From: Octopus sinensis
Lineage: Eukaryota
Direction of reading: 5' to 3'
Assembly (NCBI RefSeq): GCF_006345805.1
Contig: NC_043002.1
Span: 19,158,001 to 19,222,000 of the forward strand
Length of the DNA: 64,000 nucleotides
Shown here piece by piece: positions 37,570 through 50,212 of the stretch. Positions within the stretch are counted from its first letter, which is position 1, and the number at the start of each line of letters is the position of its first letter. The position numbers and the translations under genes were made by a program. The notes under the pieces are model-generated. The model saw nothing but the letters and a program-made list of their open reading frames with translations, did not search any database and was not told where the DNA came from.

Positions 37570-40500
37570 CTGTAAAGTAGAATAAACAAACGAAAAATGT
37601 ATTCGCTTTTTTTCATAGTATTGATAATAAATAACTTCTACAAAGGAGTACCTCTTGAGTAAGTCTAATAATTTATCTGTCAAAGTACACTTTTAAATAT
37701 TTGGAAAATATATGTGTATCTTCCTGTTCATACTAGCACGATCACTTCAGGTGATGTCAGAGTGCCTGTTATCTGATAAAACTTCAAACAACAGAACAAA
37801 AATGCGTTAAAAAGAAGCTTCAAGACACTACCATCAAGGTATTTGCCAATATAAGTATTTTAAATCAAGTGTACTGTCATGCTACAGAAAATTGTTTTAA
37901 TTGATAGCATGGGAAAATGGTATGCATCAATGTATGCATTTAAATGCGCGTTTGTAATCAGCGCATATACGGAGAAACCCGTCTATCTCATGCTCTGTCC
38001 AGATCACAGACGAACCATTTCTGACTCCCGAGTAATCTGATGGTATAATAATACCCATCATTCTCACTCTTGTCTTTAAATTCTTGTAAATGAACTGGTA
38101 CTCGTTTGCTGTTATTGTGAGTACTACTACTGGTAGTATTTTAACTAATTTCATAATTAATCTTTTGATTTTCCTGGTGAGAGTTTTTTTTTCTCTCTTG
38201 GAAACCTATTCCTTATCTTTTTTTTTTTCAGTTTTTTCAGAAATATCTGTTCAACATGTGTTAATGACTGCATATTCAAACTTCTAACACTTTGTTATTT
38301 GATTAAGAAAGTGCGTGTGCAAAAATCCAATGGACGAGTGATAGATCATGTTTAATTGCTTTGTGCAGATCAATGTTGTCAAAGAACATGCTGGGTTGAG
38401 TCTGGTTGGTTTAGTTTTGGTATTTTGGAAAATACAATTGTAGAGTACTGTGTTATGGTTAAAGTGAAGTTTGCTTAATTGAGATATTATGGTTGGTTTC
38501 AGAGTGACCGCGATACTAGATACAATACATTTTTACTGTTATTTTCGGTTAAATTACAAACTGAGATGTGAAAAAAAAAAACATCGATAAATTTAAACAG
38601 CAACTCTGCAGCTGCTTTGTCTGCAGTTGAGATGCAATTCATGATTTCAAAGCGTTTGTAAATTCATCTACACAGGAAAGGTTGAAAGTGTCCATCATAA
38701 TTATGTTTTCAGAATTGCATAAGTGACTGAAGGATTCGATTCAGATGCGGCACAGTTGGAAGCACAGGGGAGACATACGTGAGATCTGCCGACATCAACT
38801 ATAATTAAGTCATTTTCTTTATTGTAGACAGATTCACAGTAAGTGTGGGAAAACATGTCCTTTATGTCAACTGTAAAGGAATCAAGGAAAAAACCAGCAA
38901 CTCCTCTGATGAAACATTTTCAGAGTTATGATCGACTCCTAAACATCGGACTCGCTCCATTGTATTTTATATCTAATTAAATTTTAATTAATTAAAACTT
39001 TGTGTTGTTACTTTGGGGGTTTTAGATAAAACTAGTCATTTAGATTATGGCTATTCTTATCACTAAGAGTGTCATTTTAAACAATTCATTTTCTTTAGGC
39101 TTCCGACATCATCTATTGTAGCATCCGCGTTACTATTGCCATACAAGACGCTTGAGGGAAATTTGGTGAGAAACTTTGCACATTCAGTCTAAAGTTTGGA
39201 ATATGTATAGGTGAATGCTGCAAATCGAGTGCTATGAGGTTGTCCTTAATACTCAGGTTAGTCGACTTGTTAAGAAAACGGCGATGATGAACATCAAAAA
39301 GAAATTGATTTTAATTTTAGAAAACCGTGTTGATGATAAAATGTGAGACATCAGCAGCGGCGAAAATCTATTAGGAAGAGCATCTGTGTCCTAAATCTAG
39401 AGTTATGGAGTGTCTGTCGAAAATTGTGCTTCCAATGATAACCAGCATATGTAAGTCAATTTGAGGTTGGCTCGTAGAATGAAACTGATCCCAGTGTAGG
39501 TTCCTCTCAGATAAAAGTGATCACTTATTTTGTTCGTAATGATATGTGGTAAATAAACGTCAATATTGCTTTCTGTCCCTCGTATATTGGTTTCAAATTT
39601 TGGTACAAGGGTAGCAATTCGGAGGTGGGGATAAGTCGATTACATCGACCTCAGTACTTATTTTATCAACTGGCATTCATTTTATCGATTCCGAAAGGAT
39701 GAAAGGCAAAGTCGATCCCGTAAGAATCTGAACTCAGAACGTAAAGCATTTCACCCGACGTGCTAATGTTTCCGCTAGTTTGCCGCCTTGTCTCTCTCGT
39801 ATATTAATATAAACGGGAAGTTATTCGAAAATGTGCATGGATGACTGCCCTCTTTAGTTTGGTTATTAAATTCCTAATGGTACAAGCGAAGTTCGGCAAG
39901 GATATATGCAGCTTGGAGAACAAATACTGGGTGGATTAAGGTGTTCAACGTTGTTATAATTCTTTAAACCTCTCGTTTCTATTTTGTCGTTAAGAAATGT
40001 GTGTGACTGCTCTGTGCGTTTTATGAATAAGTCCTTTAATATCTCGTATGGTTAGTACATCGCTAATGAGGCGATAATGTTGCAAAATTCTCTGGTGACT
40101 ACAGAGGAGTGGTTTGCAGTATTATATATTCTAATTTCCTGTTAGCACTTAGTGATACTCCAAATTGCACATTATCTATCTGCTAGTGCGCACAAACGTA
40201 TAGTGTCTGCAGATTAAAAGAAAGGGACCTTAAGAGTAATTATTGCTATGATAGCATCAGTCGTGTTTATAGACTGGAATCTGACTGGGTAATGGTTAGA
40301 TCCACAGAGAAAGATTAAGGTATAAATCAGTAATAACTGGCACTAATGAAAAATATCTCGTTGCGTTTGCTAATAAATCGCATTTCAGGATATGCTGCCT
40401 TCTAACACAGACAATACAAATGTTGGTTGGTTGGAAACAATATTACAATAGTTCAATGGAAACATTAAAAAGCCCAATTAATCCTCTCGTGTTTTGACTA

Positions 40501-40879
40501 TAAAAATATGAGTTTATCCAAGTAGAAGCAAACTGCAACGGAATCGTATTGCAGTCGAATGTTACATTCAGTGCTTATGTATCTGAAGTGATTCAGATAT
40601 TTGATATTCTAGATATTTCTTAATATTTTCATATAATACTGTTAGATGATGACTTTGTTAATTTCTCTTTATTCACCTGGATCTTATGCATAGATATGTA
40701 TATCTCCAACTTTAGAGAATGGAGGTAGACAAAATCCAGGCTGCATATGTTTCCTAGTTAACGGAATCTCAGAAGTAGTAATTGCCCTAACGAGGGGTAC
40801 CCCGCTAGCTAATCGTCTGGCCAAAGATACCTTAGTCAAATGAAGGTTATATTTTCGTCAAGGGATCCCATGTTAACTC

Positions 40880-43170
40880 GTAGGAGATTTGAGTGATTCT
40901 CCTGCGAGTTATATCTACTACATTCCCTAAATTTGAATTTTTATTCGCCATCACCTGTGCAAAACAACTGAAGAAAAACCTGTATATTGTTTGGCTAGAT
41001 CTTGCCAATGCTTATGGATTTGTTCCGCACGCAATAATAAAAACAGCGATGGACTTCTTTGGATTCCAAAAGATGTTCAACGAAAGCTCATGTACTACGA
41101 CAACCTGAGGATGAGATTTACAGCAGGAAAGTTCACAACGGAGTGGCAACGGCTTGAAATAGGTATTGCAGCCGGATGCACGATATCAGTCATCTTATTC
41201 GTGCTAGTCATGGAAATGTTACTTAGATCTACAAACTGTGAGAAAGCTGTTACAAAGACACCATTAAGGGCTTTAATGGACGCCGTAACTATATTATCGG
41301 AAAGTAGAGAAGCAGCAGAGGGAACGTTAGAGCGGTTGGACGAACTGATAGGATGAAATTCAAAGACAAAAAGTATCGAAGCGTGGCTTTCGTGAAAGAA
41401 GGCAAGAAGAAGTGAAATTCAGGATAGGAGGTGAAGACATACCAACAGTGAAAGAACAACTAGTAAAGAGTCTCGGCAGATGGTATTGAGATTTATTAAA
41501 TGATAAGAAGCAAGGGAAAGAAACACACGAGTTAGTAGAACAAGGATTAAAGACAATTGACAGAACAACGCTGCCGGGAAAATTCAAATGTTGAATACAG
41601 CAATTTGGGCTGTACCCAAGAATAATGAGGCCATTGCAAATGTACGAAATAGCCTCGAGTAGAGTAGAAAGGATGGAACAAAGATGCAGTGTGTTTATCA
41701 GAAAATGGCTTGGTCTGCCGAAACCACTGAATATAACTGTACTATATGGAAAACCTGTGCTGCAACTACCAATAACATCAATCGCCTAAGAATATAAGGT
41801 TGGAAAGGCAAGGACAGTAATGATGCTAAGGTATTCAAAAGATCAGAGCATCTGGGAAAACCCAAAGGTACGAACAGGGAGGAAATGGAAGGCGGAAGAG
41901 GCAGTAAGCAGGGAGATCGGAAAAAAAAGGCACACAGATATAGTCGGAGCAATACAAGAAGCAAGAACCGGCTTAGGGTCGCAAAATTTCAGGCCATTTT
42001 GCAAGAGCAGTATAAAAGAGATGAAAGAGGCAGTGTTATACGAAGTGAGAAAGGAGGAAGAAGAAAGGTGAAATGTACATTTGGTGCAATGCAGTCAACA
42101 GAGACAGTGCCTGAGATGGGAGGAATATGTGATCAGCCGCAGAATATCATGGAAGGAACTTTGGGCTTGGGAACAAGCAAGAACATCCTTCCTGATCAAG
42201 TCTAGCTTCGACGTTCTACCCTCACCGGCGAACTTAGTCCGGTGGAACATAAAAACAACCGATGAGTGTAGATGCGGAGAGAAAGCGACGGTTAGACATG
42301 TTCAGTCAAATTGCAGACTAGCACTAGAAAGATAGACATAGCGGCATAATCAAGTCCTCGGCGTCATAAGCGCAGCACTCAAGGAGAAGATCGAGAGGTA
42401 TAATAGGGGAGAGTACCCAAAAGTAGAAAAGCGCAGAAAAGTATACTTCCACAAGGAGGGAAAAGAACATAAAACCAGGCCTACAAGTAAAGTATACGAT
42501 ATAGACGAAAGATGGAAGGGATACTGAGAGCTGGCCACGGACTTGGAACGACAAGTAATATTTCCATTAATAAAAACAACAAAAAGACCAGATTTAGTCC
42601 TATGAAACAGAGACCGGAGAATAGGAATTTTACTAGAATTGACAGTACCTTGGGAAGAGAACATCGGCAATGCAGAGGAACGAAAGAAGAGGTACGAAAA
42701 GCTAATCGAAGAATGCAGAGAAAAGGGATGGAATGTCGAATATTATCCCCTGGCAGTGGGGGCTAGAGGCTTCATTGAAAGGAAAATGACAACGCTTTTC
42801 AAAAGAAGATTTGTTTTTCTAGCTCCGAACTGCGAAAACTAATGAGAGCACAGGAGGCGGTCGAAAAAGCCAGCTTCTATATATGGCTGAAGCGGGAAGA
42901 CCAAAAATGGCTTGAAAGTCATAACATGCCGGCGGGAAATAACATCACTAGGTGAGACAAGCTGACACTGAATCAGTTTCGCTGACTGACAGGTGACGGT
43001 CGTTTAGAGAATACGCGGGCTAAAACTACGCGCCTTCACTAGTCAGTTAAGGTGAGACAGTGTCACATGACAACTTGCTGGGGTTGCCTGCTGGAGCCTA
43101 GCAGCAGGTATTTAAAGAGAAAAATTTGACAAGTCAGTCAGTCACCGGCTGACACTCGCTGACGATACAT
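40880..43170 (+). mobile_element. Hero-like (R2-group, restriction-like endonuclease) non-LTR retrotransposon, 5'-truncated and decayed, in gene B intron 1
   Basis: WLDLANAYG; EIGIAAGCTISVILFVLVME; LPGKFK; KVRTGRKWKAEEAV; CRCGEKATVRHVQSNC knuckle; RHNQVL; PDLV...ELTVPWEEN PD-(D/E)xK motif. Confidence 0.85.
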
Positions 43171-43570
43171 CGAAGAGGCTAGGGAACAGAAGAAAGAAGA
43201 AGAAAGAAGACATGCACCCAATACCAGAGCTGAAGACACCTCCGAAAGGTGGGGCCCCGCCACGTCAAAACGGTAGAGGAGTAGGGCCGAAACCGGACGT
43301 GGTTCCTTCTGATGATATCTTGAGCTAACTGGATCCTATAAAGGAGCTGTTGTGGTAGCAGACCACGAAGCACGGTTGTAATTCCCCCAACCCCATTTGC
43401 TAACCGTGAACTATAAAATAACTTTTCCCAGCTTATCGAACTTCGATATGGGAAACATTTACAACCTTCTACGTCAATAAACCACAATTGTTCCTGAAAG
43501 TTGCCTTTTATACCTTCCACGGACTGCTTGAAGCTTACTAACTTCCTACACCTTGATCTTTGGATCTTAC

Positions 43571-43623
43571 CTTTACACACACACAAGATAGATTTAGTCT
43601 TTGTTATATCCATGGATAATACT
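43571..43623 (-). other. Candidate alternative 5' UTR exon in gene B intron 1, containing an upstream ATG
   Basis: Long polypyrimidine tract plus cag acceptor (43624-43626); AAAG|GTAAGA donor; 53 nt; ATG at 43613. Confidence 0.35.
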
Positions 43624-43807
43624 CTGAATGAAAATGAAAGCATAAGAAAGAGAAACGAAACTATCATATTCCAGCAAAACAATGTTAAGATGAGTCATGT
43701 GTCTCATGAATAATAGTTATATACACGTAATACTGCTTTTCTCTTAAATCATTCGATACTGAAGCGAGCTTGAACAGTACATTATGGTATTTCATAGATT
43801 CACTTAC

Positions 43808-43842
43808 CTTATGAACTTGAAGATGGCCCTATGTTCAGAAAT
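43808..43842 (-). other. Gene B non-coding exon 1 (5' UTR; 5' boundary approximate)
   Basis: ...ttctgaacatagggccatcttcaagttcataag|GTAAGTG; paralog of 58868-58903. Confidence 0.6.
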
Positions 43843-44099
43843 AGAGAACGATATAAGTTAATTTTCAAATACCACTCAAATTCTGGCAGTTGCAAACACC
43901 AGCTGCTATTAAGCAGTTATAACTGAAATTCGCAATTGCTTCTTAATGATTCTGCTTCACCTGTCATTTCGATTTATCATGCGAGTCGTGGAGTGTCATA
44001 GGGAAATATTACAAAAGGCTAAAAACTACTTGTTTTCTTTATCTTTTTTTTTGTTAGTTTCATCTAACAAAATTGTTTTTGTTAGTTTTTTCATTTTGG

Positions 44100-45200
44100 G
44101 GGGGAGGGATTAGTTTTTGTTAGTTAGGCGGGGGCTGGATCAATGGCCTCCGCGATCTTTCCTGCTCTGGTAGGACCGAGATGATTCATGTTCCCTTCTG
44201 AATAGTCGCGAGTTGATGACTGCACAGATAATATTTTCAGCAAGGGAATTCTCGATAGCTGACGATCTGAGGAGGAAAGACCGCAAATCGTTGTTAAGGC
44301 GAGAATTTTAGCAGACAAAAAGATTGAGTTGGGAGTGCCTGAGTGGTGATGGCACCAAGCTTCGAGGAAACAGAACGTTTCTGGGCTAGAGATTGGAGTG
44401 TATTGATGACTGACATTAGCAGCTTGTTTTGGTATGTAGTATATGATGTAGGCATGTGCAGCAGTAGCACTGTGCCAGATGCTGGAACAGTCAGCATCCC
44501 CATCTTTCACTCACATAATTTGTTGAAGCTACAGTGTTGCTCATGACCTAATTAGGCGATATTGTCGAAGTTTGTATTTAAGGCGTTTACTTTTTGTCGT
44601 CACACCGAATATTCCAGTTATTATTTGTACTGTGTTCGCCTTCATGCCCCCGCATCTTGAATATTTCACTTTTAAAATACTAGTATTTTGACAGGTTCTA
44701 CTTCTTTCCATGGGATTGCGATGTCTATCAGTGTACACATTTCCACCTCCAATCCTTGATTACCATATCTGAATAGTTTCCTCTGATCTCTTCGTTAGTT
44801 TGGACAGGCATATCCCAGATGATTGTGATTTGTAAGTCAGTACATCTTACTAAAGAATGATTTCTGCGCGTCCTGAGGCTGGTGGAGAAGCAGTGATACT
44901 TGCTTAATTATCTCAGTGCATTAAATTTAAATGTGGTAGTTTTTAGCGAGATGAGGATTTTCGAAGCACGCACAGTTGCCTCCTTTCAGGTCAACTAAAG
45001 GAGTAACCCTTTTTCGGTAGCCTAATGTTAGTCGGTAATCCTGAACAAGAGTAGCAGTAAATATGGTAATGCTTTTAGACGGATGACTTTTTATTCCCCA
45101 ACAATCACTGGACGACCGGAAATCCTTAGATGATTATACAATCTTTGGAACATCTAACTTTTTTTTAATGTTAAATGTCACCTAACGCACGCAGGGATTG
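44100..45200 (-). mobile_element. Decayed CR1/L2/Jockey-group LINE fragment (ends approximate)
   Basis: DCSSIWHSATAAHAYIIYYIPKQA resembles the YCS.IW.G.....LD.IQ..A RT C-terminal motif; similar character to 1-857. Confidence 0.5.
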
Positions 45201-45522
45201 GGGTCGTTGTAATCCGTGAAATTCAATTCATTCGTTTCTCGACTTTCCAACAAGATAGTGTTTAAAGCATTTTGAACTAGAATTTGAACTCTGTTAGGTC
45301 ACACGTATCCTATTCCTATCATTCCTTTTAATTAATATGTTGGATTTGCAACTTCTCGAGATACATGTTGTACTTCAGTTTCCTCCATTATACGGCACTG
45401 ATCATTCAATACAGTATCTAATATTCTTCCTTTTGAGGCTCCAGATAAATTTACTTAATAAGGTGAAAATGAAGTTTTTAAATGAAGATTTGTGATTATA
45501 TATATCATAACATAATAATTAT

Positions 45523-46191
45523 TAGGGTGGAGTGAAAATAAAAAAAATTGTAGAAACTGAAAATGCTTGAGAGCTAAAATGTTGGCATATTTGATTATTA
45601 GAAAAATGCTAAGTTTTCTCTGCGATCAACCAAGGGGCATTTACTCCCCCAAGCCCCCTAAACTCCGAAAATAGGGGATTTTTGTAAACTTTTTACAATA
45701 GCGGAGTTTACAGGGTTGAGGCAGTAAATGACCTTGACTGATCTAAGCGAAAATTTAGCATTTTTCTAGTAATAATATGTAGCAAGATTTTAGGTCTCAG
45801 GCATTTTCAATTTCCATAATTTTTTATTTACACTCCACCCTAGATTACATAATCTGCCTACACGCACACACATACATGTGTGTTAGAGTGGAGTGAAAAT
45901 AAAAAAAAATTGAAAATGCCTGAGACCTAAAGATCTTGTTATATATTATTATCAGAAAAACGTTAAATTTTCACTTAGGTCACTCAAGGGCATTTACTCC
46001 CTCGAACCCCACAAACTCTGCTATTGTAAAAGTTTACAAGAATCACCCATTTTCGGAGTTTATGGGGCTTGAGGGAGTAAACGCTCTTGATTGCAGCGAA
46101 AATTTTGCATTTTTCTAATAATCAAATATAGCAACATTTTAGCTCTCAAGCATTTTCAATTTCTACTATTTTTTATTTTCACTCCACCCTA
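45523..46191. mobile_element. Two inverted copies of a TA-flanked MITE forming a ~670-bp nested palindrome
   Basis: Copies at 45523-45842 and 45884-46191; each has TIRs tagRgtggagtgaaaata / tattt.cactccacccta, and the two are mutually reverse-complementary. Confidence 0.8.
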
Positions 46192-46731
46192 ATAATTATA
46201 TGATATCATACAGACAAGAAAGAAATATTCCGAACGCAATATAGCCGTGAAAACAGCAGAAAAATTGGGCATTTTACCCCTATATGACGGAAGAAGTTGT
46301 CAGCAGACAACCACGGGACTCGAACCCGCACCTCCCAAATACCGGCAGTGTACTCTGCCAATTAATTTAAACTGCCCGCTGAAAACAATTCCCGTCAAAT
46401 TGACGCTAAATACATACCATCTTTTGAAATACAACATATGTAAACAAACTTTTTTTGTTTTTGGAAGCATTGACTATGTATCGTATCATATAGACAAGAA
46501 AGTGATATTCCGAATGCAGTATAGCCGTGAAAACGGCAGAATATGACAATATGCTGGTTGTGTCGGTACGACAGTCCATACCCAACATATTGTCGAAGAG
46601 AATCGAATTTAAAAACAACCTCACACAACACCACCTCACACACTCACACACATACACACATGCAAATATAATTGAACGACTGGGGAATAATCATCAACTG
46701 GTTAATTGCTGCTGATGCTACAACTTAGGGT

Positions 46732-46838
46732 CTAATAACGGACAAAGAGACTTCTCATCAGAGGCTTTTGCCAGTGAAGACGCTGATGCAGACCGTCAGT
46801 CAGCGTATCTATGCTTTTCGATACTTTTACGTCGCACG
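46732..46838 (-). CDS. Gene A terminal coding exon: (T)CDVKVSKSIDTLTDGLHQRLHWQKPLMRSLFVRY*
   Basis: Acceptor attttattcag; the phase-1 frame is the longest of the three; shares xC...TDGLxQ with the gene B terminal exon. Spliced CDS = 76+120+132+107 = 435 nt (144 aa). Confidence 0.75.
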
Positions 46839-47389
46839 CTGAATAAAATGGATTCAAAGATTGTAACAAACAGGTAGATTAGTTATATCATTAATTTCAA
46901 ACAACTATTTTATGCATTATTAACATTTATTTTATTGTTATCGGAAGGATTAAAGAATATCGATGATTAAATTTTTATTCAACAGCGTTTCAGGTCATCC
47001 CCCAGATATGTCTGTCCTCCCGCATAAATATGCTGCAGCGAACACTCTACAAAATATAACAAAACAATACAGTTTTAATTCAATTTATTCACCAGGCAAA
47101 GGCATACTGATCATATTTTCTCGTATACCTTTTCAATACATGAGGATTAAAATATTTGATTGTATTCATTGGTTATAGTACTATACAAGAACATTTGATA
47201 AGTTTTCTAACAAATGTGGTGATTGGTTTGGTGTGGTGGTTTGGAAGTCATACACCCGAAGAGATGTAGAGGGTGATAATTGTCTCATGTTACAGATAAG
47301 ATATAAGGTCGTATAGAGAAGCATATAATCTTGACTCTCTGCTAATCGTGTTATAGAATATGATTTTCTGATTTTGTTCATACAATATA

Positions 47390-47484
<95 letters not shown>

Positions 47485-48129
47485 TATACAAAATAAGAAA
47501 ATGGAGAAATACATCCAAATCAAATATCAATTACCAGATAATACCCAATCACATACTTTATTAAACCACCACATAAGAAACTTTAAGGTCAAACATAATA
47601 ATATAGAACAAAACAGTGTACATAAAGGAGTGTACATAAAGGAGTAATGTGATACAATAAGTGCAATATTGGATATATGTTATCCAATGGAGGGTTGTAT
47701 TTACAATCCCTATCTCAATTTGTATATATATATATTGTCACATATAACTGGTTCCAAATTTTGACACATGGCTATCAATTCCGGGAAAGTGGCACTTATT
47801 TTATCAACTCCGAAAAGATGAAAGGCAAAGTCAATCCCGACGGTATTTGAATTCAGAGAGTAAAGCCGGAAGAAATAAAGCCAAGGGATTTTGACCGGTG
47901 CGATAACAATTCTGCCAGCTGGCCGTCGTATTGTCTGTCACGTAAAAACAATACATAAATGATATTGTTTAAGCCGTTGTGATTACTCGACAAATTTTCT
48001 TTTTTCAGTATTCCAACTGGTTTTATGGACAATGGAGAGTGTTCGATCTTTTGTGCCAAATTCTTTCTTTCATGGTCAAGTTTCTAAGTATTATTCTAAA
48101 GTGGCATGTGTGTGTGTATCTAGTTATTC

Positions 48130-48540
48130 ATGAGTGCTGCTAGTAGCATGTCTTGTACAACCAGCTGTATAGTCGGATCATCTTCAACTAAACAGACTCC
48201 TCTACCAGGCTTGCTTGGTGAAGAGGATTGCTAGAAACCCATTAGGACAAAATCAAGACTTTTGAAAAGTACGGTTGAATCCACTGTAGGGTCATCGACG
48301 ATCTAGCAACAGAAAGTCATTAAAAATTCCAGATTCGTGTCTGATTTGCTATAAGAGTACTGGGAGTGGGACACTCCCTAGCTTTTGATAAAGTATATCT
48401 CTGCTCTGGCAGTATAACTTGTTGGGTGGTATCGGTTCGACTGCCTCGGAAGACAGCCAGACTAAGAGGACAACTCCGACCATAAACACACACTATGAGA
48501 GCCTACAGAGAAACAAAATCTAAGTGGGGTCAAACCTGAC
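48130..48540 (+). mobile_element. RTE 5' UTR-like fragment
   Basis: Shares gcttgcttggtga.gagg and gga.aactccgac with 33512-34062. Confidence 0.45.
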
Positions 48541-48589
48541 AGTAAATCAGAAGAGAATTCCGAACCATATTCATCCGGAAGAATATGTG

Positions 48590-48750
48590 ATGTGCGTGTG
48601 TGTGGTCTGTGTGTGTGCGTGTGTGTGTGTGTGTGTGTAGTGTGTGTGTGTGTGGTCTGTGTGTGTGCGTGTAGTGTGTGTGTGTGCGTGTGTGTGGTCT
48701 ATGTGTGGTGTGTGTGTGTGTGTGTGTAGTGTGTGTGTGTGTGTGGTCTG

Positions 48751-48781
<31 letters not shown>

Positions 48782-48840
48782 TGTGTGTGTGTGTGTGTGG
48801 TCTATGTGTGTGTGTGTAGTGTGTGTGTGCGTGTGTGTGG

Positions 48841-48871
<31 letters not shown>

Positions 48872-48971
48872 AGTGTGTGTGTGTGCGTGTGTGTGGTCTA
48901 TGTGTGTGGTGTGTGTGTGTGTATGTGTGTGTGTGTAGTGTGTGTGTGCGTGAGTGTGGTCTGTGTGTGTG

Positions 48972-49020
<49 letters not shown>
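48590..49020. repeat. Compound (TG)n array with recurring tagtg/tggtct interruptions
   Basis: Directly visible. Confidence 0.9.
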
Positions 49021-49028
<8 letters not shown>

Positions 49029-49057
49029 TGAAGACATTAAACTCAAAGTGTACCTAC

Positions 49058-49189
49058 TCGCATTATAAATAACCTTCAAATGAAAATCGTTTACCACTTT
49101 CGTGCATTCAAATGTTACACAACGTTCGTTAAACACACCAGGATGTTTCTCCCCTGCGTCCAGACAATTTCCCTTATTATCTTTGCAAT
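49058..49189 (-). CDS. Gene A exon 4: Cys module 2, (Y)CKDNKGNCLDAGEKHPGVFNERCVTFECTKVVNDFHLKVIYNA
   Basis: Acceptor tgtgttttcag; donor GCGA|gtaggt; 132 nt, phase 1-1; same length as gene B exon 4 and 18/44 residues identical to it by manual alignment. Confidence 0.9.
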
Positions 49190-49379
49190 CTGAAAACACA
49201 ATTGACTTCATAATTATGACTTCTTCAAATACACAAATGAAAATATCTCTCACAGTAAATATGTGTATACGTATGCGTATATATACAAACTGCCACAATT
49301 ATTTCAGAAATTTTTCTAAGATTGTTAAATCTAAACTTAATGTATTCAAATGTTTGTAGAATGTATTTAAGGTATAGCT

Positions 49380-49688
49380 ATGATGTATGTGTCGGTTGTG
49401 TGTGTTTATGTGTGTGTGTGTATGTGTGTATATACTTGTGTGTGTGTGTATGGGGGGGTGTTGTGTGCGTTTGTATGTGTGTGTGTGTATGTGTATATAC
49501 TTGTGTGCGTGTGTGTGTGTGGGTGTGTGTATACTTGTGTGTGTGTGTGGGGGGGTTGTGTGCGTTTGTATGCGTGTGTGTATGTGTATATACTTGTGTG
49601 TGTGTGTGTGTGTGTGGGTATGTGTATACCTGTGTGTGTGTGGGGGGGAGGTTGTGTGCGTTGTATGCGTGTGTGTATGTGTATATAC

Positions 49689-49725
<37 letters not shown>

Positions 49726-49735
49726 TGTGTATGCT
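49380..49735. repeat. TG-rich minisatellite, ~55-60-bp higher-order unit (tatacttgtgtg...ggggg.ttgtgtgcgttt)
   Basis: Directly visible; about five units. Confidence 0.85.
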
Positions 49736-49915
49736 TGTTTGAGTATGTCCGGTATGGAACAAGGACTTCAAATAAAGATACAACTCACGTGTTGGGTAGA
49801 TGTGCTTGCCCTACAGAGAGATCATTCGTTTTACGGATCCATGAACAATGGTTAATGTCTCTGGTTTCGTAAAACGATTGAATTTTCAGTTGGGCCTTTT
49901 ACTTACACACACACA

Positions 49916-49975
<60 letters not shown>

Positions 49976-50061
49976 AGCGTCAAATAATACTTTAATTGTT
50001 CCACGTCCTCGCATTGCTGTGTTTTTTCTGTGTTTTCTTGTTTGGATTAACTATATATATA

Positions 50062-50101
<40 letters not shown>

Positions 50102-50134
50102 TGATCAAAATAAAAACATGATGCCAAGGATTCA

Positions 50135-50212
50135 GCGGTACATATGTTTCGGGCCTTTATTAGACAGATTTATAACAATGCATAATGTATGTCTGTGGCC
50201 TTCTTCAGCCGC
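50135..50212 (-). ncRNA. Type I hammerhead ribozyme-like motif at the 3' end of a decayed Penelope-like remnant (~50100-50880)
   Basis: GCGG-CTGAAGA-A-GGCC...GGCC-C-GAAA-CATATG-TA-CCGC: perfect 4-bp stem I, palindromic stem III (ACATATGT), GUA site. Confidence 0.65.

Noticed and set aside
43284-43320. GAAAC...GTT...CTGATGA arrangement suggesting a type II hammerhead
   Set aside because: Stems I and II cannot form.
43179-43682. 167-aa minus ORF with a hydrophobic N-terminus and a CVC...GCKC pattern resembling a secreted cystine-knot protein
   Set aside because: The 'signal peptide' is the polypyrimidine tract of a splice acceptor, the ORF reads through a strong GTAAGA donor, and the cysteine spacing is not a convincing knot.
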